64,000 nt of DNA, from positions 71,695-135,694 of the forward strand of contig CAZMUX010000002.1 in the NCBI GenBank assembly GCA_964569915.1, written 5' to 3'. The notes under the pieces were generated by a model that was given only the letters and a program-made list of their open reading frames with translations, did no database searches and was not told where the DNA came from. The position numbers and the translations under genes were made by a program. The DNA comes from an uncultured Barnesiella sp. (GTDB taxonomy: Bacteria > Bacteroidota > Bacteroidia > Bacteroidales > Muribaculaceae). Positions 50,130 to 59,954 of this stretch are shown piece after piece (the stretch's first letter is position 1; each line of letters opens with the position of its first letter).

Positions 50130-51884
50130 TTAATATTTTTTCGGCGATTTCTTATTTCCCCTGTGCTTTTTCTCAAAGAAATTGCCTTCGGCCGCCGTGT
50201 CGCGTGATTTTCGAGCCGAAGCCTTGGCATAATCCTTATCCTTGTCAGCCACCTCGCTGAAAACACGTTTGCCAAGAAAATCGAGGCCCTTTAGGGAGGC
50301 CACGACCCTGTGTGCGTCCTTCTGTTTTACATCGAAAAGTGAATAGCCCGGCATAAGGTCTATGCGGCCTACGTCAACACGCTGCCCCGGCACGTTTTTG
50401 TTAATCATCTCGATGAGATTGCCGGCGTAGAAGCCGTCGTTCTTGCCCAGATTAACATAGATGCGCCCCATACCTTTCTCAGCAGTCCTGCGGTCCTTCT
50501 CTTTCTCCGATCGTGGACCCGACTCTCTGTCGCGCTTCTCTTTCGTCGATTTTTCATCAATAAAATCGATTGCGGGTGCATCGGCATAGTATTGCAGCAG
50601 ACGGTTGAACTCCAATGATAGCACGCGCTTGATGAGGTCTTCATTGGAAAGCCATCCGAGTTTTTTAATCACTCCGGATGTATATTTATTCATTTCCTCC
50701 TCATTGACTTCCACTTTCTCAATTCTGTCTGCCAGATGGTAAAGTTGCTTTTCAATGATGACACGTGGCGCCGGAACCTCCTTGCGTTCAAACTTCTTAC
50801 CAATGATTTTTTCGATTTCACGAAGTTTGCCTTTCTCGCGAGAGTGAATGATGGCCACTGAAACACCGGTTTTGCCGGCGCGTCCGGTACGCCCGGAACG
50901 GTGGGTGTAAACAGCCGTATCGTCGGGAAGGCCGTAGTTGATGACGTGAGTGAGGTCGTCGACGTCAAGACCGCGGGCGGCCACGTCGGTAGCCACGAGC
51001 AGTGTTATCACGCGGTCACGGAATTTCTTCATGACGATGTCTCGCTGCTGCTGCGAAAGGTCGCCATGGAGGGCGTCGGCGTTGTAGCCGTCCTGAATCA
51101 GATTGTCGGCCACCTCCTGAGTGTCGCGCCGAGTGCGGCAGAATATAATGGCGTAAATGTTGGGATTATAATCAGCCACACGCTTGAGTGCGAGATATTT
51201 GTCGCGGGCGTTCACCATATAGTAGATGTGCTTGACATTGGCGGCGCCCTCGTTGCGCGTACCGACCACAAATTCCACGGGGTCGTTCATATATTTCTTA
51301 GCTATGCGTGCTATGTCGTCGGGCATCGTAGCCGAGAAAAGGAGCATTTTTCTGTCGGCAGGCACTTTGTCGAGAATGGCATTGATAGAGTCGAGGAATC
51401 CCATGTTCAGCATCTCGTCGGCCTCGTCAAGTATCACTGTATGAACGTTCGAAAGGTCAACTACACCCCTGACTATGAGGTCAATAAGTCGTCCGGGCGT
51501 AGCCACTATTACCTGCACTCCCTCACGCAGCGCCCTTATCTGGCTTTCGATGCTTGAGCCGCCGTAAACCGGGAGCACTTTCACATCAGGGAGATATTTA
51601 GAGAAATCGGCAAGGTCGCCGGCTATCTGCAAACAGAGTTCACGCGTAGGCGATAGTATAAGCGCCTGTGTAGCTTTTGATTTTGCGTCAATACGCTGAA
51701 GCACAGGCACACCGAATGCCGCTGTCTTGCCGGTGCCGGTCTGCGCCAGAGCCACGACATCGCCGTCGGCCGACAGCAGATGCGGAATTACCTTCTCCTG
51801 CACGGGCATGGGGTGTTCAAATCCAAGTTCTTCTATCGCTTTCAAAATGGGTTCACTGACCCCTAGTTCTTCAAATGTTGTCAT
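50130..51884 (-). CDS. DEAD-box RNA helicase with DbpA RNA-binding domain
   Basis: AQTGTGKT, PTREL, DEAD, SAT, HRSGRTGRAG; start set at MTTFEELG. Confidence 0.95.
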   Translation of the reverse strand: MTTFEELGVSEPILKAIEELGFEHPMPVQEKVIPHLLSADGDVVALAQTGTGKTAAFGVPVLQRIDAKSKATQALILSPTRELCLQIAGDLADFSKYLPDVKVLPVYGGSSIESQIRALREGVQVIVATPGRLIDLIVRGVVDLSNVHTVILDEADEMLNMGFLDSINAILDKVPADRKMLLFSATMPDDIARIAKKYMNDPVEFVVGTRNEGAANVKHIYYMVNARDKYLALKRVADYNPNIYAIIFCRTRRDTQEVADNLIQDGYNADALHGDLSQQQRDIVMKKFRDRVITLLVATDVAARGLDVDDLTHVINYGLPDDTAVYTHRSGRTGRAGKTGVSVAIIHSREKGKLREIEKIIGKKFERKEVPAPRVIIEKQLYHLADRIEKVEVNEEEMNKYTSGVIKKLGWLSNEDLIKRVLSLEFNRLLQYYADAPAIDFIDEKSTKEKRDRESGPRSEKEKDRRTAEKGMGRIYVNLGKNDGFYAGNLIEMINKNVPGQRVDVGRIDLMPGYSLFDVKQKDAHRVVASLKGLDFLGKRVFSEVADKDKDYAKASARKSRDTAAEGNFFEKKHRGNKKSPKKY

Positions 51885-52007
51885 AAAATCAATATAAAAC
51901 GTACAAAGATACAATAACATCGGCTATAAAATGAATTTTGGATTGTATAATTTTAACAATAGTGAAAATTGCTATTAACAGAGAGATTCATTAAATTTGT
52001 ATTCGTT

Positions 52008-52700
52008 ATGGAAAGACCTGACCTGAAAGACGTATATGCCGTCATTGTGGCGGCAGGCAGCGGCAACCGTTTCGGCTCACAGCTGCCCAAACAGTTTTGC
52101 ATAATGGCCGGAAAGCCGGTATTGATGCACACCGTCAGCCGTTTCCGGCAGGTTTTGCCTGACGGAAACATCATAACGGTGCTCAGCCCCGCCATGGAGA
52201 AAACGTGGCTTGAGATGTGCCGCGAATACGGATTCACCCCCGCAAAAATTGTCTACGGCGGAGAGACCCGCTGGCAATCGGTAAAAAACGCGATTCAGAC
52301 GATTCCTCCCAAAGCCGAAACCATCATGGTGCACGACGGAGCGCGTCCGCTTGTATCGCCTGAGCTAATTCTGCGGGCAGCCTTTCTGCCGGGCCATACC
52401 GAAGCCGCGGTACCGGCTGTTCCGCTCACCGACTCCATACGCCGTCTGACCGGCGGTGACACTTCATGCCACGCCGACAGAGCCGAGTTCGTGGCCGTAC
52501 AGACCCCACAGTCGTTCCGCGCCCAGCTGCTCCGCAGAGCCTATGCAATTCCCTATTCGCCCGACATGACCGACGACGCCTCGGTGGCGGAAGCCGCCGG
52601 CGCCGACATCACACTCATCGAGGGCGAGCCTTCCAACATCAAGATAACCAATCCCGGCGACATCACCATAGCCGAGGCAATGCTCAAAGCACAATGCTGA
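52008..52700 (+). CDS. ispD: 2-C-methyl-D-erythritol 4-phosphate cytidylyltransferase
   Basis: AAGSGNRFG..LPKQF, VHDGARP, QTPQ, TDDASV, NIKIT. Confidence 0.93.
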   Translation: MERPDLKDVYAVIVAAGSGNRFGSQLPKQFCIMAGKPVLMHTVSRFRQVLPDGNIITVLSPAMEKTWLEMCREYGFTPAKIVYGGETRWQSVKNAIQTIPPKAETIMVHDGARPLVSPELILRAAFLPGHTEAAVPAVPLTDSIRRLTGGDTSCHADRAEFVAVQTPQSFRAQLLRRAYAIPYSPDMTDDASVAEAAGADITLIEGEPSNIKITNPGDITIAEAMLKAQC

Positions 52701-54784
52701 GACTGCTCGAACGCGACATAACCTACATAAAGGGGATAGGACCGGCACGCGCCAAACTGCTCAACACAGAGTTGGACATCCACAACGTCTACGACCTCCT
52801 CAACCACTTCCCCACCCACTATGTCGACCGCTCGAAAACCTATTTGATATCCTCTTTCTCAGGCGAAATGCCGACCGTTCAGGTGAAAGGGCGCTTCATC
52901 ACCTTCACCATTCAGGGAGAAGGCGCCAAGCGGCGTCTTGTCGGCTTGTTCTCCGACGGCACCGCCACGATGGAAGTAGTGTGGTTCAACCGCATACGCG
53001 AACTTCAGGAGGCTTACCGCATCGGTATGGAATATGTGGTCTTCGGTAAGCCGGCCATGTTCAACAATCGGTGGTCGATGACGCACCCCGACGTCGATCC
53101 GGCCAACTCAGCAAAGGGCGCCGAGGGCTTCCGCGGCGTCTACCCGCTGACCGAGAAGCTGCGCAACCGCGGCATCAGCTCGCGCACTTTCTTCACATGG
53201 ATTCAAAACGCCATGGCTCCCGTGACATCGCTGACCGACCCGCTGCCGGAGTCTGTGATAAAATCACTCGGGCTAACCGGGCTGCTTGAAGCCTACCGCA
53301 CAGTCCATAATCCTCGAGACCACGCGGCTCTCGAAAAGGCTCGCTTCAGGATGAAATTTCAGGAACTTTTTCTGCTTCAGTTCAACATACAACGTTTCGC
53401 CCACACACGCCGCAACCAGCTCACAGGCCACAGATTTCCACGCGTGGGCCACTTTTTCAACACATTCTATTTCAACCATTTACCATTTGAACTAACAGGC
53501 GCACAGAAACGCGTCATCAGGGAGATAAGAGCCGACATGATTACCGGGCGTCAGATGAATCGCCTTCTGCAAGGCGACGTAGGCAGCGGAAAAACGCTCG
53601 TAGCCCTGCTGTGTATGCTGATAGCGCTTGACAACGGCGCCCAGGCCTGCCTTATGGCGCCCACCGAGATTCTCGCAACACAGCATTACGAAACGCTTTG
53701 CCAGCTCGCCGGGCCGATGGGCGTCAACATCAAGCTGCTTACAGGCTCAACGCCGAAGAAACAACGCGATTTGATTGACCGTCAGCTGACTGACGGCACG
53801 CTCAACATCCTTATAGGCACCCATGCCGTGATAGAAGACCGCGTACAGTTTAAGAATCTCGGATTCGTGGTAATCGACGAACAGCACCGCTTCGGGGTCA
53901 TGCAGCGCGCGAGAATGTGGAGCAAAAACGCCATACCACCTCACGTACTCGTGATGACCGCCACCCCCATACCTCGCACACTTGCCATGACCGTATACGG
54001 CGATCTCGACGTGTCGGTGATTGACGAACTGCCGCCCGGTCGCAAGCCCATAGTGACGCTTCTGCGCTACGAAGAGGCGCGGGAGAGCGTGCTTCAGGGC
54101 ATCGGGCGTCAGCTCAAGGCCGGGCGTCAGGCCTACATTGTCTATCCGCTGATAAAAGACAATGAAAAACTCGACCTCAAAAGCCTTGAAGAGGGCTACG
54201 AGGCCATCGTCAATGCCTTCCCCCACTATCGGGTGGCCTATGTTCACGGCAGAATGAAGCCGGCCGAGAAAGACTGCCAGATGGAACTTTTTGCCTCACA
54301 TCAGGCCGACATACTCGTGGCCACCACCGTCATCGAGGTCGGAGTCAACGTGCCCAACGCCACGACAATGGTTATTGAAAACGCCGAGCGCTTCGGACTG
54401 AGCCAGCTCCATCAGTTGCGCGGACGCGTGGGGCGCGGAGAGGGTCAGAGCTACTGCATACTCATGACAAAACGCAAGATAGCAAAAGAGACACGTCAGC
54501 GTCTGGAGCTGATGACATCTACGACCGACGGATTCTTGATAGCCGAGGCCGACTTGAAATGGCGCGGACCGGGCGATCTTGAAGGCACCATGCAAAGCGG
54601 CATTGCCTTCGACCTCCACATAGCCAACCTTGCATCCGACGGCCAGATAGTGCAGCTGGCGCGCGACGAGATTGACCGCATACTCGACGCCGACCCCGAA
54701 CTGAGCCATCCCGACACACGGCGTCTTTGCCAGACTGTTGACAAAATTTTCAGGCGCACCATCGATTTTTCTAGAATATCATGA
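52694..54784 (+). CDS. recG: ATP-dependent DNA helicase RecG
   Basis: QGDVGSGKT, DEQHRFG, MTATPIPRT, QLHQLRGRVGRG; start set at MLRLLERD. Confidence 0.96.
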   Translation: MLRLLERDITYIKGIGPARAKLLNTELDIHNVYDLLNHFPTHYVDRSKTYLISSFSGEMPTVQVKGRFITFTIQGEGAKRRLVGLFSDGTATMEVVWFNRIRELQEAYRIGMEYVVFGKPAMFNNRWSMTHPDVDPANSAKGAEGFRGVYPLTEKLRNRGISSRTFFTWIQNAMAPVTSLTDPLPESVIKSLGLTGLLEAYRTVHNPRDHAALEKARFRMKFQELFLLQFNIQRFAHTRRNQLTGHRFPRVGHFFNTFYFNHLPFELTGAQKRVIREIRADMITGRQMNRLLQGDVGSGKTLVALLCMLIALDNGAQACLMAPTEILATQHYETLCQLAGPMGVNIKLLTGSTPKKQRDLIDRQLTDGTLNILIGTHAVIEDRVQFKNLGFVVIDEQHRFGVMQRARMWSKNAIPPHVLVMTATPIPRTLAMTVYGDLDVSVIDELPPGRKPIVTLLRYEEARESVLQGIGRQLKAGRQAYIVYPLIKDNEKLDLKSLEEGYEAIVNAFPHYRVAYVHGRMKPAEKDCQMELFASHQADILVATTVIEVGVNVPNATTMVIENAERFGLSQLHQLRGRVGRGEGQSYCILMTKRKIAKETRQRLELMTSTTDGFLIAEADLKWRGPGDLEGTMQSGIAFDLHIANLASDGQIVQLARDEIDRILDADPELSHPDTRRLCQTVDKIFRRTIDFSRIS

Positions 54785-54815
54785 CGCGGCATTTTGTCGC
54801 GTCATGGATTTTTTA
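54780..54815 (+). terminator. Intrinsic terminator
   Basis: CATGACGCGGCA/TGTCGCGTCATG followed by a T-run. Confidence 0.65.
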
Positions 54816-54859
54816 TAATTTTACAGCCGAAAAACAGCAATTAATAAATCAATGTTCTT

Positions 54860-55507
54860 ATGAAGCAAATTGAACTTCTTCTTGCAGAGAAACTCCTCAA
54901 AATCAGCGCAATCAAACTTCAGCCCGAGAATCCTTTCGTATGGGCTTCCGGCTGGAGCTCTCCCATATATACCGACAACCGCAAAACCCTCTCTTACCCC
55001 GAAATACGTTCCTTCATTAAAATCGAGCTGTCACGCCTGATTATGGAGAACTTTCAGGACGCCGACGCCATTGCCGGAGTAGCCACCGGAGCTATCGCAC
55101 AGGGTGCGCTCGTGGCAGAAGAGCTGATGCTACCCTACGTATATGTCCGCTCGACTCCCAAGGACCACGGCCTTGAAAATCTCATCGAAGGCAACCTCAA
55201 ACCTGGGCAGAAAGTAGTTGTCATAGAAGACCTTATCTCAACCGGCGGCAGCTCACTCAAAGCAGTTGAAGCCATCCGTAAGGCCGGATGCACCGTCGTG
55301 GGCATGGTTGCTATTTTCAGCTATGAATTCCCCGTTGCCGTCAAGGCCTTCAGCAAGGCCGGCGTTAAACTCATCACGCTGAGCAACTACTCGTCGATGC
55401 TCAAAGCCGCTCTGGAGACAAACTATATCAATGCCTCCGACATAAAAACGCTTGAAAAATGGCGCGAGAATCCCGCCGCCTGGGTCCCCGAAAAATCTAA
55501 CGAATAA
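54860..55507 (+). CDS. pyrE: Orotate phosphoribosyltransferase
   Basis: WASGWSSPIYTDNR, VVIEDLISTGGS. Confidence 0.96.
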   Translation: MKQIELLLAEKLLKISAIKLQPENPFVWASGWSSPIYTDNRKTLSYPEIRSFIKIELSRLIMENFQDADAIAGVATGAIAQGALVAEELMLPYVYVRSTPKDHGLENLIEGNLKPGQKVVVIEDLISTGGSSLKAVEAIRKAGCTVVGMVAIFSYEFPVAVKAFSKAGVKLITLSNYSSMLKAALETNYINASDIKTLEKWRENPAAWVPEKSNE

Positions 55508-55517
55508 TTTACCGCCC

Positions 55518-55937
55518 ATGTCAAAATACTCCAGCACTCCGGCCACTGTAAAACGTTCGGCCGAAGAAGTTTATGACGTTTTCGCCGACCTCACAAAATT
55601 TGCGGAACGTATTGACAATCTGCCCGAAGACGTCCGCCAAAAACTCGGCGATGTGAATTTTGAGCCTGACGCCATAGCCGTGCAGACACCTCAGCTCGGC
55701 GAACTGCGCTTTGAAGTGACCGAAAGAGTCAAACCGAACAAAATCGTATTCGGTTCACCAGCCGCTCCCGTTCCGATGAACATGATGGTGCTTATCAGCC
55801 CGATTGACGACGCCACCTCGGAAGTACGCACCGAGCTTGACGTGGAGATACCCGCCATGCTGCGCCCGTTCGTAGGACCAAAGCTTCAGCAGGCAGCCGA
55901 CAAATTCGGCGAAATGATAGCCAACCTCTCGAAATAA
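55518..55937 (+). CDS. SRPBCC family protein
   Basis: SAEEVYDVFADL N-terminus and C-terminal helix; between pyrE and argH. Confidence 0.75.
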   Translation: MSKYSSTPATVKRSAEEVYDVFADLTKFAERIDNLPEDVRQKLGDVNFEPDAIAVQTPQLGELRFEVTERVKPNKIVFGSPAAPVPMNMMVLISPIDDATSEVRTELDVEIPAMLRPFVGPKLQQAADKFGEMIANLSK

Positions 55938-55943
55938 CGCTTT

Positions 55944-57290
55944 ATGGCAAAAAAACTCTGGGAGAAATCCACACAGGTCGACACCGCCGTCGAAGCCTAC
56001 ACCGTCGGACTCGACAGGGAGATGGACCTCTATTTAGCCCCCTTCGACGTGCTCGGCTCAATGGCCCACATCCGTATGCTGAATTCCATCGGCCTGATTG
56101 CCGACGACGAGCTGAAAGTGCTCACCGAAGCCCTGCGCGACATCTACCGCACGGCGCAGTCCGGCTCATTCACCATCGAGGAAGGTATAGAAGACGTACA
56201 CTCCCAGGTTGAGCTAATGCTTACCCGCCGCCTTGGCGACACAGGCAAGAAGATTCACTCCGGACGCAGCCGCAACGACCAAGTGCTCGTTGACCTGCGC
56301 TTATTCATTCGCTCGCAGATAGAAAATGTCACCGATGCCGTAAAGACGCTTTTCGACACGCTCATCAAGCAGAGCGACGCACACAAGGATGTCATAATAC
56401 CCGGCTACACACATCTGCAAGTGGCAATGCCCTCATCAGTCGGGCTTTGGCTCGGAGCCTACGCCGAGAGCCTTGCCGACGACCTCACCGTGCTGCGCGC
56501 CGCCTACGACATCACCAACCGCAACCCACTCGGCTCTGCAGCCGGCTACGGTTCATCGTTCCCGCTCAACCGCCAGATGACCACCGACCTACTCGGATTC
56601 GAGTCGATGGACTATAACGTGGTGTATGCCCAGATGGGACGCGGCAAGACAGAACGCATCGTGGCCCAGGCCATTGCATCGATAGCCGCAACCGTTGGAA
56701 AATTGGCGGTCGACGCCTGTATGTTCAGCTCGCAGAACTTCGGGTTCATCAAGCTACCTGACGAGTTCACGACAGGCTCGTCAATAATGCCACACAAAAA
56801 GAATCCCGACGTGTTCGAGCTTACGCGCGCCAAATGCAACAAACTGCAGTCGCTCCCGTTTGAAATATCCATGATTACGGGCAATTTGCCGTCAGGCTAT
56901 TTCCGCGACCTCCAGTTAATCAAGGAATCATTCCTGCCATGCTTCGACAATATACGCGACATTCTGCTGATGGTAAGCCGCATGATTGGCGGCATGAAGG
57001 TTAACGACAAAGCTGTCGATGACCCGCGCTACGACCTGATGTACTCCGTGGAGGAAGTCAATCGCCTCGTGCTTGAAGGCACACCCTTCCGCGACGCCTA
57101 CCGCAATGTCGGGCTCGCTATAGAGCGTGGCGAGTTTACGCCCGATCGCCACATCCGCCATACCCACGAAGGCTCTATCGGCAACCTGTGCAACGACCGC
57201 ATCAGCGCACGCTTCAACCGCGAGATTGAGGCATTTGATTTCCAGCGCTATCACAAAGCCTTCGAAGCACTGCTTACCGACAAAATATGA
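55944..57290 (+). CDS. argH: Argininosuccinate lyase
   Basis: HSGRSRNDQV, PGYTHLQ, TGSSIMPHKKNPD. Confidence 0.96.
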   Translation: MAKKLWEKSTQVDTAVEAYTVGLDREMDLYLAPFDVLGSMAHIRMLNSIGLIADDELKVLTEALRDIYRTAQSGSFTIEEGIEDVHSQVELMLTRRLGDTGKKIHSGRSRNDQVLVDLRLFIRSQIENVTDAVKTLFDTLIKQSDAHKDVIIPGYTHLQVAMPSSVGLWLGAYAESLADDLTVLRAAYDITNRNPLGSAAGYGSSFPLNRQMTTDLLGFESMDYNVVYAQMGRGKTERIVAQAIASIAATVGKLAVDACMFSSQNFGFIKLPDEFTTGSSIMPHKKNPDVFELTRAKCNKLQSLPFEISMITGNLPSGYFRDLQLIKESFLPCFDNIRDILLMVSRMIGGMKVNDKAVDDPRYDLMYSVEEVNRLVLEGTPFRDAYRNVGLAIERGEFTPDRHIRHTHEGSIGNLCNDRISARFNREIEAFDFQRYHKAFEALLTDKI

Positions 57291-57784
57291 AACGCGGAAT
57301 CTTCACATTGTTGTCAGCAGCATTGCTGCTGACAGCATCTACCACCTCGTGCGACCACGTTGACGACGAGCGCATTCCGCCTTTCGCCGTCAACATAGTG
57401 TTCCGCAACCAGGCCGAATGGAATTTCTACGGTAATCCCGGAGCCACCGAGTACCGCCGATTCATTTCCGCGCTCAATATCCCGTCAAATTACCCCTGGA
57501 CAGCAATGACGCACACCGGCTACGGAGGCGTACTGCTCGTGGGCGACATTCACGGCAATCCGCAGGCATTCGACCTCGCCTGCCCCGTGGAGTGTCAGCA
57601 GGACGTGCGCGTCATCGTGGAAGGCGACAACCGCGCCCACTGCCCGCGCTGTCACAGCGTTTATGAAATCTACACCAACAACGGCCTGCCAATCTCCGGG
57701 CCTGCAGCCGAATATGGCTACGGACTTCAGCGCTACTATGTAGGACCCGGATACAACGGCGAATGGCGCGTCATTACGCGCTGA
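57287..57784 (+). CDS. Lipoprotein with degenerate Rieske-like Cys motif
   Basis: Lipobox TTSC; GYGGVLL, AFDLACPVEC, CPRCHSVY, G.P..GPA...LQRY. Confidence 0.7.
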   Translation: MKRGIFTLLSAALLLTASTTSCDHVDDERIPPFAVNIVFRNQAEWNFYGNPGATEYRRFISALNIPSNYPWTAMTHTGYGGVLLVGDIHGNPQAFDLACPVECQQDVRVIVEGDNRAHCPRCHSVYEIYTNNGLPISGPAAEYGYGLQRYYVGPGYNGEWRVITR

Positions 57785-57982
57785 ACCTCCTGCCGTCCTG
57801 TTGCATAGGAGCTGACTCTGAGCAGACAACCTTAAAGCCGCCCATAATGCTGAAATCGATGAATTTCCGCATAAAATTAGGTTTTTAGGGAATTTATACA
57901 TAATTTTGAATCGAATAACAAATTGCGCAGGGGGACGTATGCTTTCCCGCGCACAATCATCTCATAACCACAAATTTGCCTT

Positions 57983-59872
57983 ATGGACACTCCCGAAAAG
58001 TCGATTGAAGCCACCAACGCCGCCGACTTGACCCTGAACCCCTCCGACGAACAGAAATCCGTCGAAGTTGCAAAAGAAGAAACCGCTACAGTTGAAACAG
58101 AGCCTGCCGATGAAAACGACAGCGTCGAGACTGAAGCTGAAGAAACAGTAAAAGAAGAGACAGCCAAACCCGCACCGGCCAGCGCCGAGGAAGTCGCAGC
58201 AGAGCTGCGCACTCTCGCCGAAGCCACACCCGACACCGTCAGCCGCGAGGAAATCTCACGACTCAGGCATCTCTTCATAGTATTCCGTAAGGCTGACGAC
58301 GACAAAGCTCGCCAACAATTCATTGAAAACGGCGGAAACGAGGCCGATTTCGCTCCCGAAGCGACAGCACTCGATGCCGAAGTGGCCACGCTGATTGAAA
58401 CCATCAAAGAGCGCAAAAACGCACTCTTGGCCGAACAGGAAGCTCAGAGAAAACAGAACTTTGAAGCAAAAGAAGCCCTCATCGAAGAAATAAACTCAAT
58501 GAGCGCCGAAGCTGACAATGTCAACCGCCAGTTCCCACGCTTCCGCGAGATACAGCAGGAGTTCAAAACCATCGGCGATGTGCCCCCGCAGAACGCCACC
58601 GAGCAGTGGAAGAAATATCAGGACGCAGTTGAGCACTTCTACGACCAGCTGAAAATCAACAAGGACCTGCGCGACTACGATTTCAAGAAAAATCTCGACA
58701 CCAAACTTCACCTGTGCGACGAAGCCGAGGCACTCACATCAGGCCCCGACATCATCGTGGCGTTCAAACGCCTTCAGGATCTCCACACTAAATGGCGCGA
58801 GACAGGTCCCGTTGCCAAAGAATTCCGCGAAGAGATATGGAACCGCTTCAAAGACGCCTCGGCCGTAATCAACAAAAAATATCAGGCCTACTTTGAGGAG
58901 CGCAAAGCCAAGGAAGCCGAGAACGAACAAGCCAAGACTACCATCTGCGAACAGGTGGAGGCCATCGACCTCGATTCGCTCAAGAGTTTCAACGCATGGA
59001 ACGACGCCACAAAAGTCATTCTGACAGCACAGGAAGACTGGAAAAAACTCGGATTCGCTTCCAGAAAAGCCAACAATGCGCTTTTCGCAAGATTCCGCGC
59101 CGTCTGCGACCGCTTCTTTGAACTGAAAGCCGACTACTACAAATCAGTTAAGAACGAAATGGCCGAGAATCTGCGCCGCAAGAACGCGCTTGCCGACGAA
59201 GCCGAACAGCTCAAAGATAACACCGACTGGAAAGCCACAGCCGAACGCCTCAGCGCAATGCAGAAGGAATGGCGCACCATCGGCGCAGTGCCTAAAAAGA
59301 ACAGCGATGCCGTATGGCAGCGTTTCCAGAGCGCCTGCGACTACTTCTTCGAGCAGCGCAAGAAGAACCTCAGCGACTCGCGTCACACCGAACAGTCGAA
59401 TCTCAAGGCCAAGAAAGCTCTCATAGCCTCGCTGCGCGAGATAGCCGATGACGCAACCCGCGAGCAGGTGCAAGAAGCCATACGCGACGCTCAGTCGAAG
59501 TGGAATGAGATAGGCCATGTGCCGTTCCGTGAAAAAGACAAAGTGTATGAGGAATTCCGCGCAGCCATCAACGAACTTTACGCCAAGCACAATGTGCGCG
59601 AGCAACGGTCGGGCATGGCACGCTTCGAGAACTCGCTCAGCGAGATGGAGTCAGACGCCGGCAAGCTCCGCCGCGAGCGCGAGCGCCTGAGCCGCGTGCT
59701 TGAGAGCAAACGCTCTGAGCTGACCACCTACAACAACAATCTCGGATTCCTCAGCGTAAAATCATCTTCAGGCTCATCGCTGCTGCGCGACATGGAACGC
59801 CGCTCACAGCGAATCAAGGACGACATCTCCGACCTTGAGAACAAAATCCGTCTGATTGACGAAAAGCTCTGA
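57983..59872 (+). CDS. DUF349 repeat protein
   Basis: Repeated W..IG.VP......W.RF..A.D.FF units; acidic N-terminus. Confidence 0.88.
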   Translation: MDTPEKSIEATNAADLTLNPSDEQKSVEVAKEETATVETEPADENDSVETEAEETVKEETAKPAPASAEEVAAELRTLAEATPDTVSREEISRLRHLFIVFRKADDDKARQQFIENGGNEADFAPEATALDAEVATLIETIKERKNALLAEQEAQRKQNFEAKEALIEEINSMSAEADNVNRQFPRFREIQQEFKTIGDVPPQNATEQWKKYQDAVEHFYDQLKINKDLRDYDFKKNLDTKLHLCDEAEALTSGPDIIVAFKRLQDLHTKWRETGPVAKEFREEIWNRFKDASAVINKKYQAYFEERKAKEAENEQAKTTICEQVEAIDLDSLKSFNAWNDATKVILTAQEDWKKLGFASRKANNALFARFRAVCDRFFELKADYYKSVKNEMAENLRRKNALADEAEQLKDNTDWKATAERLSAMQKEWRTIGAVPKKNSDAVWQRFQSACDYFFEQRKKNLSDSRHTEQSNLKAKKALIASLREIADDATREQVQEAIRDAQSKWNEIGHVPFREKDKVYEEFRAAINELYAKHNVREQRSGMARFENSLSEMESDAGKLRRERERLSRVLESKRSELTTYNNNLGFLSVKSSSGSSLLRDMERRSQRIKDDISDLENKIRLIDEKL

Positions 59873-59886
59873 CCTCACCCTTTAGG

Positions 59887-59918
59887 CCCGGCGATTCATT
59901 CCGGAATGAATCGCCGGG
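59887..59918. repeat. Perfect 32-bp palindrome (REP-like)
   Basis: CCCGGCGATTCATTCC-GGAATGAATCGCCGGG. Confidence 0.85.
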
Positions 59919-59954
59919 AATACGTGAAAACATATCACCCAATAGTCTTCAATC

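Noticed and set aside
52466-52693. N-terminal extension of RecG in the ORF track
   Set aside because: Overlaps ispD in another frame; the ATG at 52694 gives a normal RecG. Similar over-extensions were trimmed for parC, pnp, recF, ferredoxin, GH31 and the helicase.
57921-57957. Hairpin in the DUF349 5' UTR
   Set aside because: Imperfect single stem with no family features; probably only a stabilising structure
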